Assembly (NCBI GenBank): GCA_965225855.1 | Contig: CBDDCK010000005.1 | Span: forward strand, 256,001 to 320,000 | From: Spirochaetia bacterium | Lineage (GTDB): Bacteria; Spirochaetota; Spirochaetia; SP-2023 | Length of the DNA: 64,000 bases | Direction: 5' to 3' | Shown: positions 43,733 through 53,872 of the stretch, in pieces | How the letters are laid out: every line of letters starts with the position of its first letter | How positions within the stretch are numbered: position 1 is the first letter of the stretch | Translations under genes and position numbers: made by a program | The notes under the pieces: generated by a model | The model's database searches: none | Told to the model about the DNA's origin: nothing | What the model saw: the letters and a program-made list of their open reading frames with translations, nothing else

Positions 43733-44194
43733 TTAGGCTTGGGCTTGGGCCACTTGCTCCGCTGCTCGCGCTGCTTTTCCATTCCATTGGGCAACCATAG
43801 AACATGGGGAATCATAGAACATGCCGTGCATAGTGCTAACGCGGGAAGTGTCCCAAGCGTCAATCGCTTGGTTAAAGGCTTTGGCCCTCCAGAACATGCG
43901 TTCCATAGTGGCAACACGGGAGGTGTCCCAACAGCTAATATCGCCGTTAAAGCCTGCGTTGTCTTTGAACAGCTCGGACATATGGCTAATGGCAGAAGTG
44001 TCTATATGGTTGAGGTTGGCCGTATCGTCAGCTTGTTCAATTAGGGCCGTGTGGCTAACGGCCTTACAATGGGCCGGCCTTGTTTACTGCTTGGGCTTTT
44101 GGGCCGTGGACCCAGTTTGGCCAGCCACTAGCGCAAGGGTTAGCCAAGCCCAAACGATCGGCCCGGCTATTATCTGCTGTTTATTGCTATACAT
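43733..44194 (-). pseudogene. DUF285/BspA-like surface repeat protein with premature stop
   Basis: AAGGAG SD, ATG 44194, signal-like N-terminus, in-frame TAA at 44084-44086, then LNHIDTSAISHMSELF...FNGDISCWDTSRVATMERMF...FNQAIDAWDTSRVSTMHGMF. Confidence 0.85.
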
Positions 44195-44401
44195 ATTGGA
44201 TATACTCCTTAGCTATAATTGCGCAGCATTATGCGGTTATCGGGTTATAGTGTCAAGCTAGGGGCAAAAAATTGTATGATTGCTGGGGCTAGTGTAACAT
44301 TTGTCTAAATACTGTATCATCACTGGCTGCTCTAGCTTTCTAGCTATCTTTGGGCCTAGGCTACCAAACTAGGCCCTATCCCAATTAACAGAGGTGTTAT
44401 T

Positions 44402-45493
44402 ATGTCTCGTAAATCTTCCGTACTTTTGCCCGATAGTATTGCCCCCGATCTGCTGCCGTCCATTGATGTGCCCCAGTTTCGCGGCGGTAGCCGTGGCTAT
44501 GATGTTTGGCGTAAAGCCGATGCCAGCCGTGTGACCCAGCCCCGCCCGATTATAATAGACTGTGATCCCGGGCTTGATGATGCAGTTGCCCTAATGTTGG
44601 CCTGTGCCCACCCCCACAGTATAGACCTACAATTAGTAACCACAGTCTGCGGCAACAGCCATGTGGCCCAGCTGACCAACAATGCTTTACGCTTGTTGCA
44701 TTTGTTTGATTGTAGCCATATACCTGTGGCTCAAGGGTCGTCCCGACCATTGCAGTCCAGCTTGGTAACGGCCGAGTGCGTCCATGGTGTGGATGGCTTG
44801 GGCGGGGTCAAAATTCCCAACAGCCCGGTGGCTGCCATTGCCGATGATGCGGTTTCGGCAATGGCCAAAGCCGTGCAAAGCTGCCCTGCAATCACGATTG
44901 TTGCTACCGGGCCGCTCACCAATGTTGCGTTACTGCTCGAGCAATACCCACACTTAAAGCCCCAGATAATCCAAATAGTTAGCATGGGTGGTGCTGTTTT
45001 CGGCGGTAATATCAGCCCCGCAGCCGAATTTAATTATTATTGCGACCCAGAAAGCGCAGATATTGTCTTGCGCAGTGGTATCCCTGTAGCTATGTTTGGG
45101 CTAGATGTAACCGTACGGGCTAAGTTTTACCAGCACCATATTGATAGCTTGGTAGACACTCCGGCCAAGCGCAAAAATCCCGTGGCCCGCGTGTTCCACT
45201 ATTTAAGTCAATATTGCTTTGACCGCGAGCTACCGCACTTCCTCTATCCCCAAAGGCCACATGGTATGAATATGCACGATGTAACTTGTATTGCCTATTT
45301 GCTGCGCCCAGAGCTTTTCACTCTAAAGCCTTGCCATGTGGTTATCGAGCTAAAGGGCCAGTATACCCGTGGCCAAACGGTAGTGGACTTTCTGGATTTG
45401 ACCGGTCAGCCCCACAATGTAGATGTCGCTTTCCGATTAGATGCCGATGCCTTTTGTTCACTAATTACCGATGCAGTGGCTTCTTACAGTTAA
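44402..45493 (+). CDS. Nucleoside hydrolase (IU-NH/Rih family)
   Basis: IIDCDPGLDDAVAL, TGPLTNVA, AAEFNYYCDPESA, MHDV, TRGQTVVD. Confidence 0.95.
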   Translation: MSRKSSVLLPDSIAPDLLPSIDVPQFRGGSRGYDVWRKADASRVTQPRPIIIDCDPGLDDAVALMLACAHPHSIDLQLVTTVCGNSHVAQLTNNALRLLHLFDCSHIPVAQGSSRPLQSSLVTAECVHGVDGLGGVKIPNSPVAAIADDAVSAMAKAVQSCPAITIVATGPLTNVALLLEQYPHLKPQIIQIVSMGGAVFGGNISPAAEFNYYCDPESADIVLRSGIPVAMFGLDVTVRAKFYQHHIDSLVDTPAKRKNPVARVFHYLSQYCFDRELPHFLYPQRPHGMNMHDVTCIAYLLRPELFTLKPCHVVIELKGQYTRGQTVVDFLDLTGQPHNVDVAFRLDADAFCSLITDAVASYS

Positions 45494-45537
45494 AATCACA
45501 AGCCATACGCTATAGATCGGCTAACCAACAAAGTAAA

Positions 45538-45582
45538 ACTCTGATAGGCCGTCCAAAGACATTCTTATAGGCCTATCAGAGT
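45538..45582. terminator. 13-bp stem hairpin after the nucleoside hydrolase gene (terminator or REP-like)
   Basis: ACTCTGATAGGCC ... GGCCTATCAGAGT. Confidence 0.55.
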
Positions 45583-46238
45583 ATCACAGCCCAAGCTAGA
45601 ACTGCTAAATTACCCTGAATACAATATTCGATGGGGCCAGTCCGCAGATTCTTCAACATGCTAGCACTGCTATATTGGGCCATCACCTTAACAGTGTATC
45701 GATCCCCAGATTGAAGTTAGGCAAATTCACAATCATCTCGTTAGGGCGGTTCGGAATAGCGATAGTTACTTTGGTTTGGCTGCTACCATTCACAGCCCAA
45801 TCGATGGGCAGTCCAATCCTGCTCTAGCCAATGTGCGTTTGTTTTGGGCCAAACGATAGCACATTGGCCTAGCTATGTCTAGCCTTTTGGTTAGCAATAG
45901 GTAAAAATGGCTTACCGCTTTGAAAGTTTATCCAATTGCTACTCTTTTATTCGTTAGGCTCTATAATATCTATTCTTATCGGCCGTCCAGAGAATTACTT
46001 GTAGTTTGGATATTATTGTGTGGTTCGCTCTAAGATAGGTAATGTATAGTTTGAGTGGTATTTGTTGGCCTTTATCGATAAAAAAATGGCTCGCTTGCTT
46101 AAAAGATGGCTCCAATGGCTAATGTTTCATGGATTTTGCTCTTGAATAGACATTCTGCTAGGCCGTCGAGAAAGTTGCTTGACGGCCTAGCCTAGGCTAT
46201 CGCTTTAAGCCGATGGGCTTTATCTACATTGTGGCTTA

Positions 46239-47607
46239 CTAGCTAGTAACACTATCTAAGATAGCCTGCAATACAGCGCTAAGCACCCCCAGATTTTGGC
46301 AATGCTCGCGGATTTCATAGCTAGAGTTACTATCGTAGACCCGCCCGCCACCGCTGCGCACTAGGATTTTGTCATCATCAATCCAAGCACTGCCGATAAT
46401 AATGGCCGAGTCAGAACAACCATCATAATTAAAGTAGCCAATACAGCCACCATAACAACCGCGTGGGCTTTGTTGGTATTGGTCAATCAACTGAATGGCA
46501 CAGACTTTGTGGGGGCACCGCTCAAGGTAGCAGCAGGAAAGGTTTTGGCAAACAATTGATACGGCTTTTTATCGGGCATCAATTGCCCCTGCACTTGAGA
46601 AACAATGTGCACCACGTGCGACTAGACTTCCGGCGCAAACTCCTAGACGGTGCGTACCGAAGTAGGCCAACAATTGGTATATAAGTCGTTCCGAGCCAAA
46701 TCAATGAGCATTAGATGCTCTGATCGATCGTTTGGGTCTTGCAGCAAGTCCTCGATAACACTCTGCAATTCTTGTTGACTAAGATTTTCTGCCAAAGGCC
46801 TTGTGCTTGCAATCGGCTTGATGCAAGCCAAGCCATTATGGTAGCGCAAGTGCGTCTGGGGCGAGCTGCCCACCAAATGCTGGCCACCGTTTTTGCTGGT
46901 GCGCTATCGTTAGAGCCTCTGTACTGTGCTCGATGGCATGCCGGGCACCCAAAGGAGGCAAGGGCTGCAAATGCACAGCAAATAGCCGTTGCCCCGCATT
47001 GTCGATCACAAAGAAACGCTGCACCTCATAAAACAGCATTTCGGGCTGCTGGCCATAGATAGAACCATGGGTGCTAAGCTGGCGCAAGGGTTGGCCCAGT
47101 GCCCCCATGTGCCTCACCGCCTGATAGCCAAACATACCCACCAAGCCCCCATGGAACCCTTGCCATTGGGGGTTAGATCGTTCTTCCCGACTAATAGGCA
47201 ATAGCGATATTTGGCTACTGCATTGGAATAATAGTTCAAAGAAGTTAGGACTGTCCGCTAAAGTTTCCTTAGCCGCTAGGTAATGTTCGGGGGTTTTTTG
47301 CGGTAATCTGTAAGCCAAAACTCGGCCCCACCTTGAGTGGTTGTAAAGCAGCGGAACGCTTTTCCATCTGGTAACCAAAGAATGAATAGCGCGCAATAGT
47401 CTTTTCCGCTGTTGCGTTCTCTAGTAAAAAGAAGTGCTCTTCATGCTCTAAGGCCCGCAAGATGCTTACGGGATTGGCACAATCAAAGTCTAGTGAACAA
47501 CTCATAGCTATATGAGTGGCCTGTGCATGGGCTTGCAAAGCACTACCAACACTTTGGCAGAATTGTTCTAAGTTGGGGAAGCAAGTCAGTTTCATCTGCA
47601 TCTGCAT
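46239..47607 (-). pseudogene. trpE: Anthranilate synthase component I (TrpE/PabB family), fragmented
   Basis: Colinear pieces in different frames: FFLLENATAEKTIARYSFFG; FHGGLVGMFGY; VGSSPQTH...IKPIASTRP...EHLMLIDLARNDL; RGCYGGCIGYF...VRSGGGRVYDS. Confidence 0.88.
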
Positions 47608-47660
47608 ATAGTTATCAAAGGAATTATTGATGATCGCTGCTAGAGGGCACTGCTAGAGTG

Positions 47661-48959
47661 TTACTCTCCTGCAAGAAATTCTTCAACACTAAGGCCCAGC
47701 CAATGGTAGAGCACCTTGCCGAAACAATCTTGGCGCAAAGCACAGCGAATATCGCGCATTAAAGCGTTGATCTGGAAGACGTTATTGAGTGTTAATATTT
47801 GGGCTCCCAGCATTTCATTACTGCGCAGCAGGTGTTGAATATAGGCCTTACTGTAAGCCAATTCCCCCGGCAGGGCATAAGATGCAGAAGGACAATATAA
47901 TTGTTCTGTGCTAAACAATGGGCTAGAATCATTGCGGAAGCGGTTTTGCTTTACACTCACTTGGGCTGCTTGAAAGCCAGCCTTATTGTGGCCACAAGCA
48001 TAAGGCAATATTGCACAGCCATGGCGCGCTAGCCTTGTGGGGTGCACACAGTCAAATGTATCAATACCTTGCAGCACGCCCCAAAATATATCGGGGATAT
48101 GGCCGATCCCTAATAAGTGAATCGGGCGAGCCAAAGGTAACAAAGGGGCTGTATTTGCCGTTACTTGCCACATTTGGTTGCGAGTTTTGCCCAAGCAGCC
48201 ACCAATTGCTGTACCAAAGAAAGGCAATGCCATTACGCCCTTGGCACTAAGCTGGCGCAGCTCAGGATAAATTCCCCCTTGGACTACTCCATATATCGCT
48301 TGCGAACCGTCATCGTGGGCTACAAACTCGGCCAATGAACGATTGCCCCAGCGCAGCGACATTTCCATTGAGGCCTTGGTATAACTTTGGGAAACGTGGT
48401 ATGGGGTGCATTCATCGAACTGTACCATAAAGTCTACTCCCAACTGCCGTTGTATCGCTACGGAAGATTCGGGCGATAGTGCAACTTTGGCACCGTCAAT
48501 ATAAGAGCCAAACAAAACACCTTCCTCACTTATTTTGAGTAGCTTTTCTGAAGTATAGCCTTGTTTACGGTTGCCTTTAACTTCTTCACTGACCGAGCCG
48601 TGCCCCATAGCAAAAACTTGGTAGCCACCTGAATCACTTAGCAAAGGCCCGTCCCAACGCATAAAGCGATGGAGACCACCCTGCTTGGCAATCAATTCTG
48701 CGCCGGGACTAAGCATTAAATGGTAGGTATTACTTAAAATAATATCGCTTTGCGTAGCCCGTAAAGCATCGCTACTCATGCCTTTTACATTGGCCTTGGT
48801 TCCACAAAAAATAAAATTTGGTGTTTCAATACTACCGTGCGGGCAAGATAATTTACCACTACGGGCTCGGTGATTTTTTAGACAAAACTCTGAAAGTTGG
48901 GCAAGATGGTAATGGTACTGAAAAACAGAATTGGGTTGGTTGTATAAAGGCTGATTCAT
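47661..48959 (-). CDS. tgt: tRNA-guanine transglycosylase
   Basis: IETPNF, ILSNTYHL, SDSGGYQV, FDECTP, GVVQGG, HLLGIG, DTFDCVHPTRLARHG. Confidence 0.96.
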   Translation of the reverse strand: MNQPLYNQPNSVFQYHYHLAQLSEFCLKNHRARSGKLSCPHGSIETPNFIFCGTKANVKGMSSDALRATQSDIILSNTYHLMLSPGAELIAKQGGLHRFMRWDGPLLSDSGGYQVFAMGHGSVSEEVKGNRKQGYTSEKLLKISEEGVLFGSYIDGAKVALSPESSVAIQRQLGVDFMVQFDECTPYHVSQSYTKASMEMSLRWGNRSLAEFVAHDDGSQAIYGVVQGGIYPELRQLSAKGVMALPFFGTAIGGCLGKTRNQMWQVTANTAPLLPLARPIHLLGIGHIPDIFWGVLQGIDTFDCVHPTRLARHGCAILPYACGHNKAGFQAAQVSVKQNRFRNDSSPLFSTEQLYCPSASYALPGELAYSKAYIQHLLRSNEMLGAQILTLNNVFQINALMRDIRCALRQDCFGKVLYHWLGLSVEEFLAGE

Positions 48960-48974
48960 TGGGCTGAAATTTCC

Positions 48975-49730
48975 TTATTTCAATGTCAAACAAGCTTTTA
49001 ATAATTGTCGAAATTCAAGATAGTTACTTGAATCCAACAATCCCAGTAGCCCTTGGCGTTGCAACATCGTAAAAAAATTCTGCAATACAAAATAGTCTTC
49101 TCTGGTATCTAGTGTTAAACGCAATTTTGACGCTGCTAAAAATTCAGAATGTCTTAATAGTTTATCCAATTCATCATAACACAAACTATACTGCCCTGGA
49201 TTGCGATACAAAAAACGGGTAACATGTTCTCTATCTGCAAAATCTAATGGCCCTCCTTCAAGAGGATTATCCAGAGCATCTAAAGCCAACAAAACTTCGC
49301 TGCGAAACAACTCGGCTGCAACACCATAAGGCAGTCCGCTAATCCAATAATAATCAGGAGTTGGGCGTTTTTGTTGCCATTGCTCGGCCATAAAATCCAA
49401 TAACGAACCGAATAATAAGGGATTATCTCCTGTAGCACGAAAACAATAGCGGGAAGGATAATACCGCAAAGCCTTAACAAACCGTTGCAAAACATTTGCC
49501 TTAGAACCACCAAATAACTCAAAACCATAATCACGAGCATAGGGAGCCAATATTTTTGAATCTTGCTCTGGGCAAAGCAGTAAAAAGCGCTCGACTTTTT
49601 TACTCTGGCGCAAATGCCGCAATACCCAAACCAAGCAACTCTTGCCAGCTAATGGCAGTAAGGCTTTGCCCGGCAACCGCTGTGAATCCAGCCGTACTTG
49701 CAACGCAACTTGATAAACAACTTCAGACAT
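48975..49730 (-). CDS. SpsF-like cytidylyltransferase family protein
   Basis: QVRLDSQRLPGKALLPL, GSKANVLQRF, RATGDNP, REHVT, RLTLDTREDY. Confidence 0.88.
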   Translation of the reverse strand: MSEVVYQVALQVRLDSQRLPGKALLPLAGKSCLVWVLRHLRQSKKVERFLLLCPEQDSKILAPYARDYGFELFGGSKANVLQRFVKALRYYPSRYCFRATGDNPLLFGSLLDFMAEQWQQKRPTPDYYWISGLPYGVAAELFRSEVLLALDALDNPLEGGPLDFADREHVTRFLYRNPGQYSLCYDELDKLLRHSEFLAASKLRLTLDTREDYFVLQNFFTMLQRQGLLGLLDSSNYLEFRQLLKACLTLK

Positions 49731-51863
49731 TTACATATTCAATAATTTTTCCAGCTCAATAATTTTAGAATATTTCGGGTCGGCACGGCGCAATCGCTCT
49801 AATGTAATGCGAGCTTTATCCCTTTGGTTAGCAGAAAGATATTCCTTTATCAATAAGTAATAAGCTTCAATCATTTTGCTATCAAAGGTCAAGGTTTTTT
49901 CCAAACTGCCAATGGCATCATCATGATGCTCTGTGGCCACATCGACCAAAGCCAAGTTAAACCATAAGTTACTATTGCTGGGGTCTTCTTCAATTGCCTT
50001 ACGGAAAAATATACGGCTTTGATCAAAACGTTCGGTATTCATGTAAGCCAAACCTAAATTATTAATAATTTTGCGATCTTTTGGGTTGTGCTCATAAGCC
50101 TTTTGAAAAATTTTTAAAGCATCGTCATAAGCTTTCGCTTTTAAATAAATATTACCTTGTGTCAATAAAAAGTCCACATTATTAGGGAATTGATCGGCTG
50201 CAAATGCAAGCGTTTTTTGGGCTTCTTCTTTTTTTCCTGAAGCAATTTGCGCATCCGCTAAACCCAATATATATTCCGGTCGCTTACTATCCAAATCGAC
50301 CGCTTTATCAAAAGCTGTTTCTGCTTTGGTAAATTGGGCACTATTATAATAGCTAAGCCCCATATTGTAATTGACTTGGCCCCGTTCTGTTTGCCCCCTG
50401 CTAACATTATCTGCCAACTTATACGTGTCGGCAGCCTCCTCGTAACGTTTTAAATCAAATAAAATCGCACCTTTTGTTTGTAGATAACGGCTATCGCCTG
50501 CTTTCAAAGCCAAAGCTGCTTCTACATGCTCCAAAGCTTCATTGATATTGGATTGCTCTAATTCCAATTTTGAAAGTTCCCAATAAGTTGCAGCATGCTC
50601 AAGCCCTTTAGCTATCGCCGTTTCAAAAGCCTTACGAGAATCCCGACTGCGCAACAATTGCTTGTAACTAAGACCAAGCGCATAGAATGCTCGCAAGTTT
50701 TGGCCACCGCTATCAATATACTCGTTAAAACTGTCTACAGCTTCCTGAAATCTTTTCGTGCGGTACAGAGCAATTCCTCGCAAGTAATTTAATTCGCTAT
50801 CAAAAGGATCTTCCACCTTTTCCAAAGCCTTATCATAGGCTTCTACCGCTTCACCCAGACGGTTTTGGTTATCCAAATTTTGGGCAAGGCCCGCTAAAGC
50901 TTCGGGCTGTTCTGGTTTTTTAGCCAATGCCTTGCGATAAGCACTCTCTGCTTCTTGCAAAGCTTTTTTTACTTCTGAGCTCTTGCTTCGTTGCTTACCA
51001 TTTTTTTGCCCAATTTGCTTTTCAATTTGCTTAGCCTTGGCAACGTTTGCTTCACTATCCAATGAATCTTTTTCTAATAATTTATCCACCAATTTCTCTA
51101 TAGCAGGATCGTCTCCTTTTTGGCGCGCTTTGACTAAAGCTTTGTGCATTTGTTCAATTTCATTGGCCGTATCTTCTCTCTCTTTTTGTTGCTCTTGGCT
51201 TTCATTTTTTCGCAAAGCAGCTTCTGCAGCTTCTAACAATTTACGTGCTGAAGGAAAGTTACTATTCAATTCTAATGCTTGCAATGCTTTATTTTTAGCA
51301 TCTTGCGCTGCAGTAATCGCATCTTCATCTGGGCTACTATCTTGGCTTTGACTATCCTTGAGTACGTCTTGCCCTTGGCGAACAAGTTCTTCTGCTTCGC
51401 GTTTGCGCTGCTCTTCTTGATTTTGTTGACCCTGCTGCTCACTTTTGAAATTTTCCAGCTGCTGCCATAAGTCATTGGTTCGGTTTTGCAATGCTGTATT
51501 CTGTTTAATTAAATTATCCACGAGATCGCGCTGATCATTATCCTGAGCGGAAACCATTTGGTTTCTATCGTATTCTTGCTTCCTGGCAAGAATACGTTCC
51601 AATTCCTGTTGCAACTCGGCATCATCAGGATTTTGTTGTAATGCCTGATTCAATAAACTGAATGATTCGCTAAATTGGCCTGCATCGACATATTTTTCCA
51701 ATAGTTTTTTCAAACCGGCCTTATCGGCTAGCTGTTCACTGTTATTTCCTGCCAATTGCTTCCAAAGCAAAGCCCCACCACCAACACCAGCTAAAGACGC
51801 AAATAATAATATAAGGACTAAAGCTTTTTTGCGTTTTTTTTCATTGTCTTTTGAGTCTGTCAT
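49731..51863 (-). CDS. Membrane-anchored multi-TPR protein
   Basis: N-terminal TM, coiled-coil region, many TPR-like repeats (e.g. NNLGLAYMNTERFDQSRIFFRKAIEEDPSN). Confidence 0.88.
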   Translation of the reverse strand: MTDSKDNEKKRKKALVLILLFASLAGVGGGALLWKQLAGNNSEQLADKAGLKKLLEKYVDAGQFSESFSLLNQALQQNPDDAELQQELERILARKQEYDRNQMVSAQDNDQRDLVDNLIKQNTALQNRTNDLWQQLENFKSEQQGQQNQEEQRKREAEELVRQGQDVLKDSQSQDSSPDEDAITAAQDAKNKALQALELNSNFPSARKLLEAAEAALRKNESQEQQKEREDTANEIEQMHKALVKARQKGDDPAIEKLVDKLLEKDSLDSEANVAKAKQIEKQIGQKNGKQRSKSSEVKKALQEAESAYRKALAKKPEQPEALAGLAQNLDNQNRLGEAVEAYDKALEKVEDPFDSELNYLRGIALYRTKRFQEAVDSFNEYIDSGGQNLRAFYALGLSYKQLLRSRDSRKAFETAIAKGLEHAATYWELSKLELEQSNINEALEHVEAALALKAGDSRYLQTKGAILFDLKRYEEAADTYKLADNVSRGQTERGQVNYNMGLSYYNSAQFTKAETAFDKAVDLDSKRPEYILGLADAQIASGKKEEAQKTLAFAADQFPNNVDFLLTQGNIYLKAKAYDDALKIFQKAYEHNPKDRKIINNLGLAYMNTERFDQSRIFFRKAIEEDPSNSNLWFNLALVDVATEHHDDAIGSLEKTLTFDSKMIEAYYLLIKEYLSANQRDKARITLERLRRADPKYSKIIELEKLLNM

Positions 51864-51914
51864 TATTGCTCCTAAATAATTTTTTCAATTGGTTATTCAT
51901 TTTATGATACCATA

Positions 51915-53810
51915 CTACTCATCAATACTTGAAAATTCTTCAACTTGCTCAATAATTTCAGGACGATCTCGGCTCAAGATTACTGCGCTTTGGTTCAATT
52001 GTTGTAGCGATTTGCGTACTCGATTTAATTGTTGCATTTGGGCTTCCGAATTGCCCCCTGTGCCTACCGTATTTCCACTATCGTCTGCAGGGCGGTTGTA
52101 CCCTCCACTTAAAGAGTTGTTAAGCCCATTTTTTAAAGAATCCGGAGCATTGCTATAGCCATCATTTTGTTCTTGATAAGCGCCTTCATTGCCAGAAGTT
52201 GGTGACGAGTTTGGTCTTACTTGTGTTTGAGAACTAGCTAAGCCATTGTTTGCTGGATTGTTGCCTTGGTTATTGCTCGCATTATTGCCACCCTCTAAAT
52301 CATTTTCATTTAACAAGTTAGTTGCATTTTTGCCTTGGTTATTGTCCCCGCCAAAGCTGTTGCCATTATTGCCTTGACTCCCGGCTAAGGCGTTGCCGTT
52401 TAACAAGTTAGTTGCATTGTTTGCTGGATTGTTGCCTTGGTTATTGCTCGCATTATTGCCACCCTCTAAATCATTTTCATTTAACAAGTTAGTTGCATTT
52501 TTGCCTTGGTTATTGTCCCCGCCAAAGCTGTTGCCATTATTGCCTTGACTCCCGGCTAAGGCGTTGCCGTTTAACAAGTTAGTTGCATTGTTTGCTGGAT
52601 TGTTGCCTTGGTTATTGCTCGCATTATTGCCACCCTCTAAATCATTTTCATTTAACAAGTTAGTTGCATTTTTGCCTTGGTTATTGTCCCCGCCAAAGCT
52701 GTTGCCATTATTGCCTTGACTCCCGGCTAAGGCGTTGCCGTTTAACAAGTTAGTTGCATTGTTTGCTGGATTGTTGCCTTGGTTATTGCTCGCATTATTG
52801 CCACCCTCTAAATCATTTTCATTTAACAAGTTAGTTGCATTTTTGCCTTGGTTATTGTCCCCGCCAAAGCTGTTGCCATTATTGCCTTGACTCCCGGCTA
52901 AGGCGTTGCCGTTTAACAAGTTAGTTGCATTGTTTGCTGGATTGTTGCCTTGGTTATTGCTCGCATTATTGCCACCCTCTAAATCATTTTCATTTAACAA
53001 GTTAGTTGCATTTTTGCCTTGGTTATTGTCCCCGCCAAAGCTGTTGCCATTATTACCTTGGCTCTCCGCTAAGCCGTTGCGAATTGGGTCATTGGATTGA
53101 GGAAATATTTTACCATTCTCAGGATATTGCCCATTTCCAGTAATGCGTCCCCCATCTTTCTGGATACGCCCTTGAGCACCCAATTTCATCAATTTATCAA
53201 TAACTTTTTCGATTTTTTCCCGCTGGGCGTCAAAAGGCTTACGGAATAAAAAATATGTATAATCATTGAGCGCATTAGAATAAAATCCATGACTCAAATA
53301 TAAATTGGCCCGATTTAAAAAAGCCTGAACCAGTTGTTTTTGGCCCCAAGTGGCTAGATTATAAGCATCTAACGCTTTATCATAGCGGCCTAGTGAATAG
53401 TAATAATTGCCCAATACAAACGCAATTTTTTGCATGTTTTCACCTTGGAGATTCACACCAGTTATCAAAGTTTGTTCTGCTAGGCTATTTTGTCCTAAAA
53501 TTTGATGTGCGGTGCCTAAATAAATATACAATAAGTCATTATCAGGGAATGAAAGCGCAGCTTCGCTAAGGTACTTTACCGCATCTAACCAGTTGCTTTT
53601 ATGGTAGGCTTGATAGCCTAATTGCAATAATTGCTCGGGATTCCAAGAATCGCGTTCAGCTATTTCATTTTGTTCTTGCGCAACAGTTTGCTTTTGCGGT
53701 TGTAATAGTAAAGTGAATGCGATAAAAACCAACATCAATCGAGTAAGACAAAATCGACTACCTATATTCCTACCAATAGAAAAACTCATTTTTTGTATTT
53801 TCGCATTCAT
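51915..53810 (-). CDS. Exported TPR protein with Asn/Gly-rich 57-aa tandem repeats
   Basis: Signal peptide, TPR-like helices in the first third, then about 4.8 identical 57-aa repeats. Confidence 0.85.
   Translation of the reverse strand: MNAKIQKMSFSIGRNIGSRFCLTRLMLVFIAFTLLLQPQKQTVAQEQNEIAERDSWNPEQLLQLGYQAYHKSNWLDAVKYLSEAALSFPDNDLLYIYLGTAHQILGQNSLAEQTLITGVNLQGENMQKIAFVLGNYYYSLGRYDKALDAYNLATWGQKQLVQAFLNRANLYLSHGFYSNALNDYTYFLFRKPFDAQREKIEKVIDKLMKLGAQGRIQKDGGRITGNGQYPENGKIFPQSNDPIRNGLAESQGNNGNSFGGDNNQGKNATNLLNENDLEGGNNASNNQGNNPANNATNLLNGNALAGSQGNNGNSFGGDNNQGKNATNLLNENDLEGGNNASNNQGNNPANNATNLLNGNALAGSQGNNGNSFGGDNNQGKNATNLLNENDLEGGNNASNNQGNNPANNATNLLNGNALAGSQGNNGNSFGGDNNQGKNATNLLNENDLEGGNNASNNQGNNPANNATNLLNGNALAGSQGNNGNSFGGDNNQGKNATNLLNENDLEGGNNASNNQGNNPANNGLASSQTQVRPNSSPTSGNEGAYQEQNDGYSNAPDSLKNGLNNSLSGGYNRPADDSGNTVGTGGNSEAQMQQLNRVRKSLQQLNQSAVILSRDRPEIIEQVEEFSSIDE
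52244..53060 (-). repeat. 171-bp perfect coding tandem repeat (about 4.8 copies)
   Basis: GTTTGCTGGATTG recurs at 52248, 52419, 52590, 52761 and 52932. Confidence 0.97.
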
Positions 53811-53872
53811 GGCAAGCCTCCCAACAACAATAACAGACGAATACCTACTATCTTGCCTATTTTTAATCCTGC

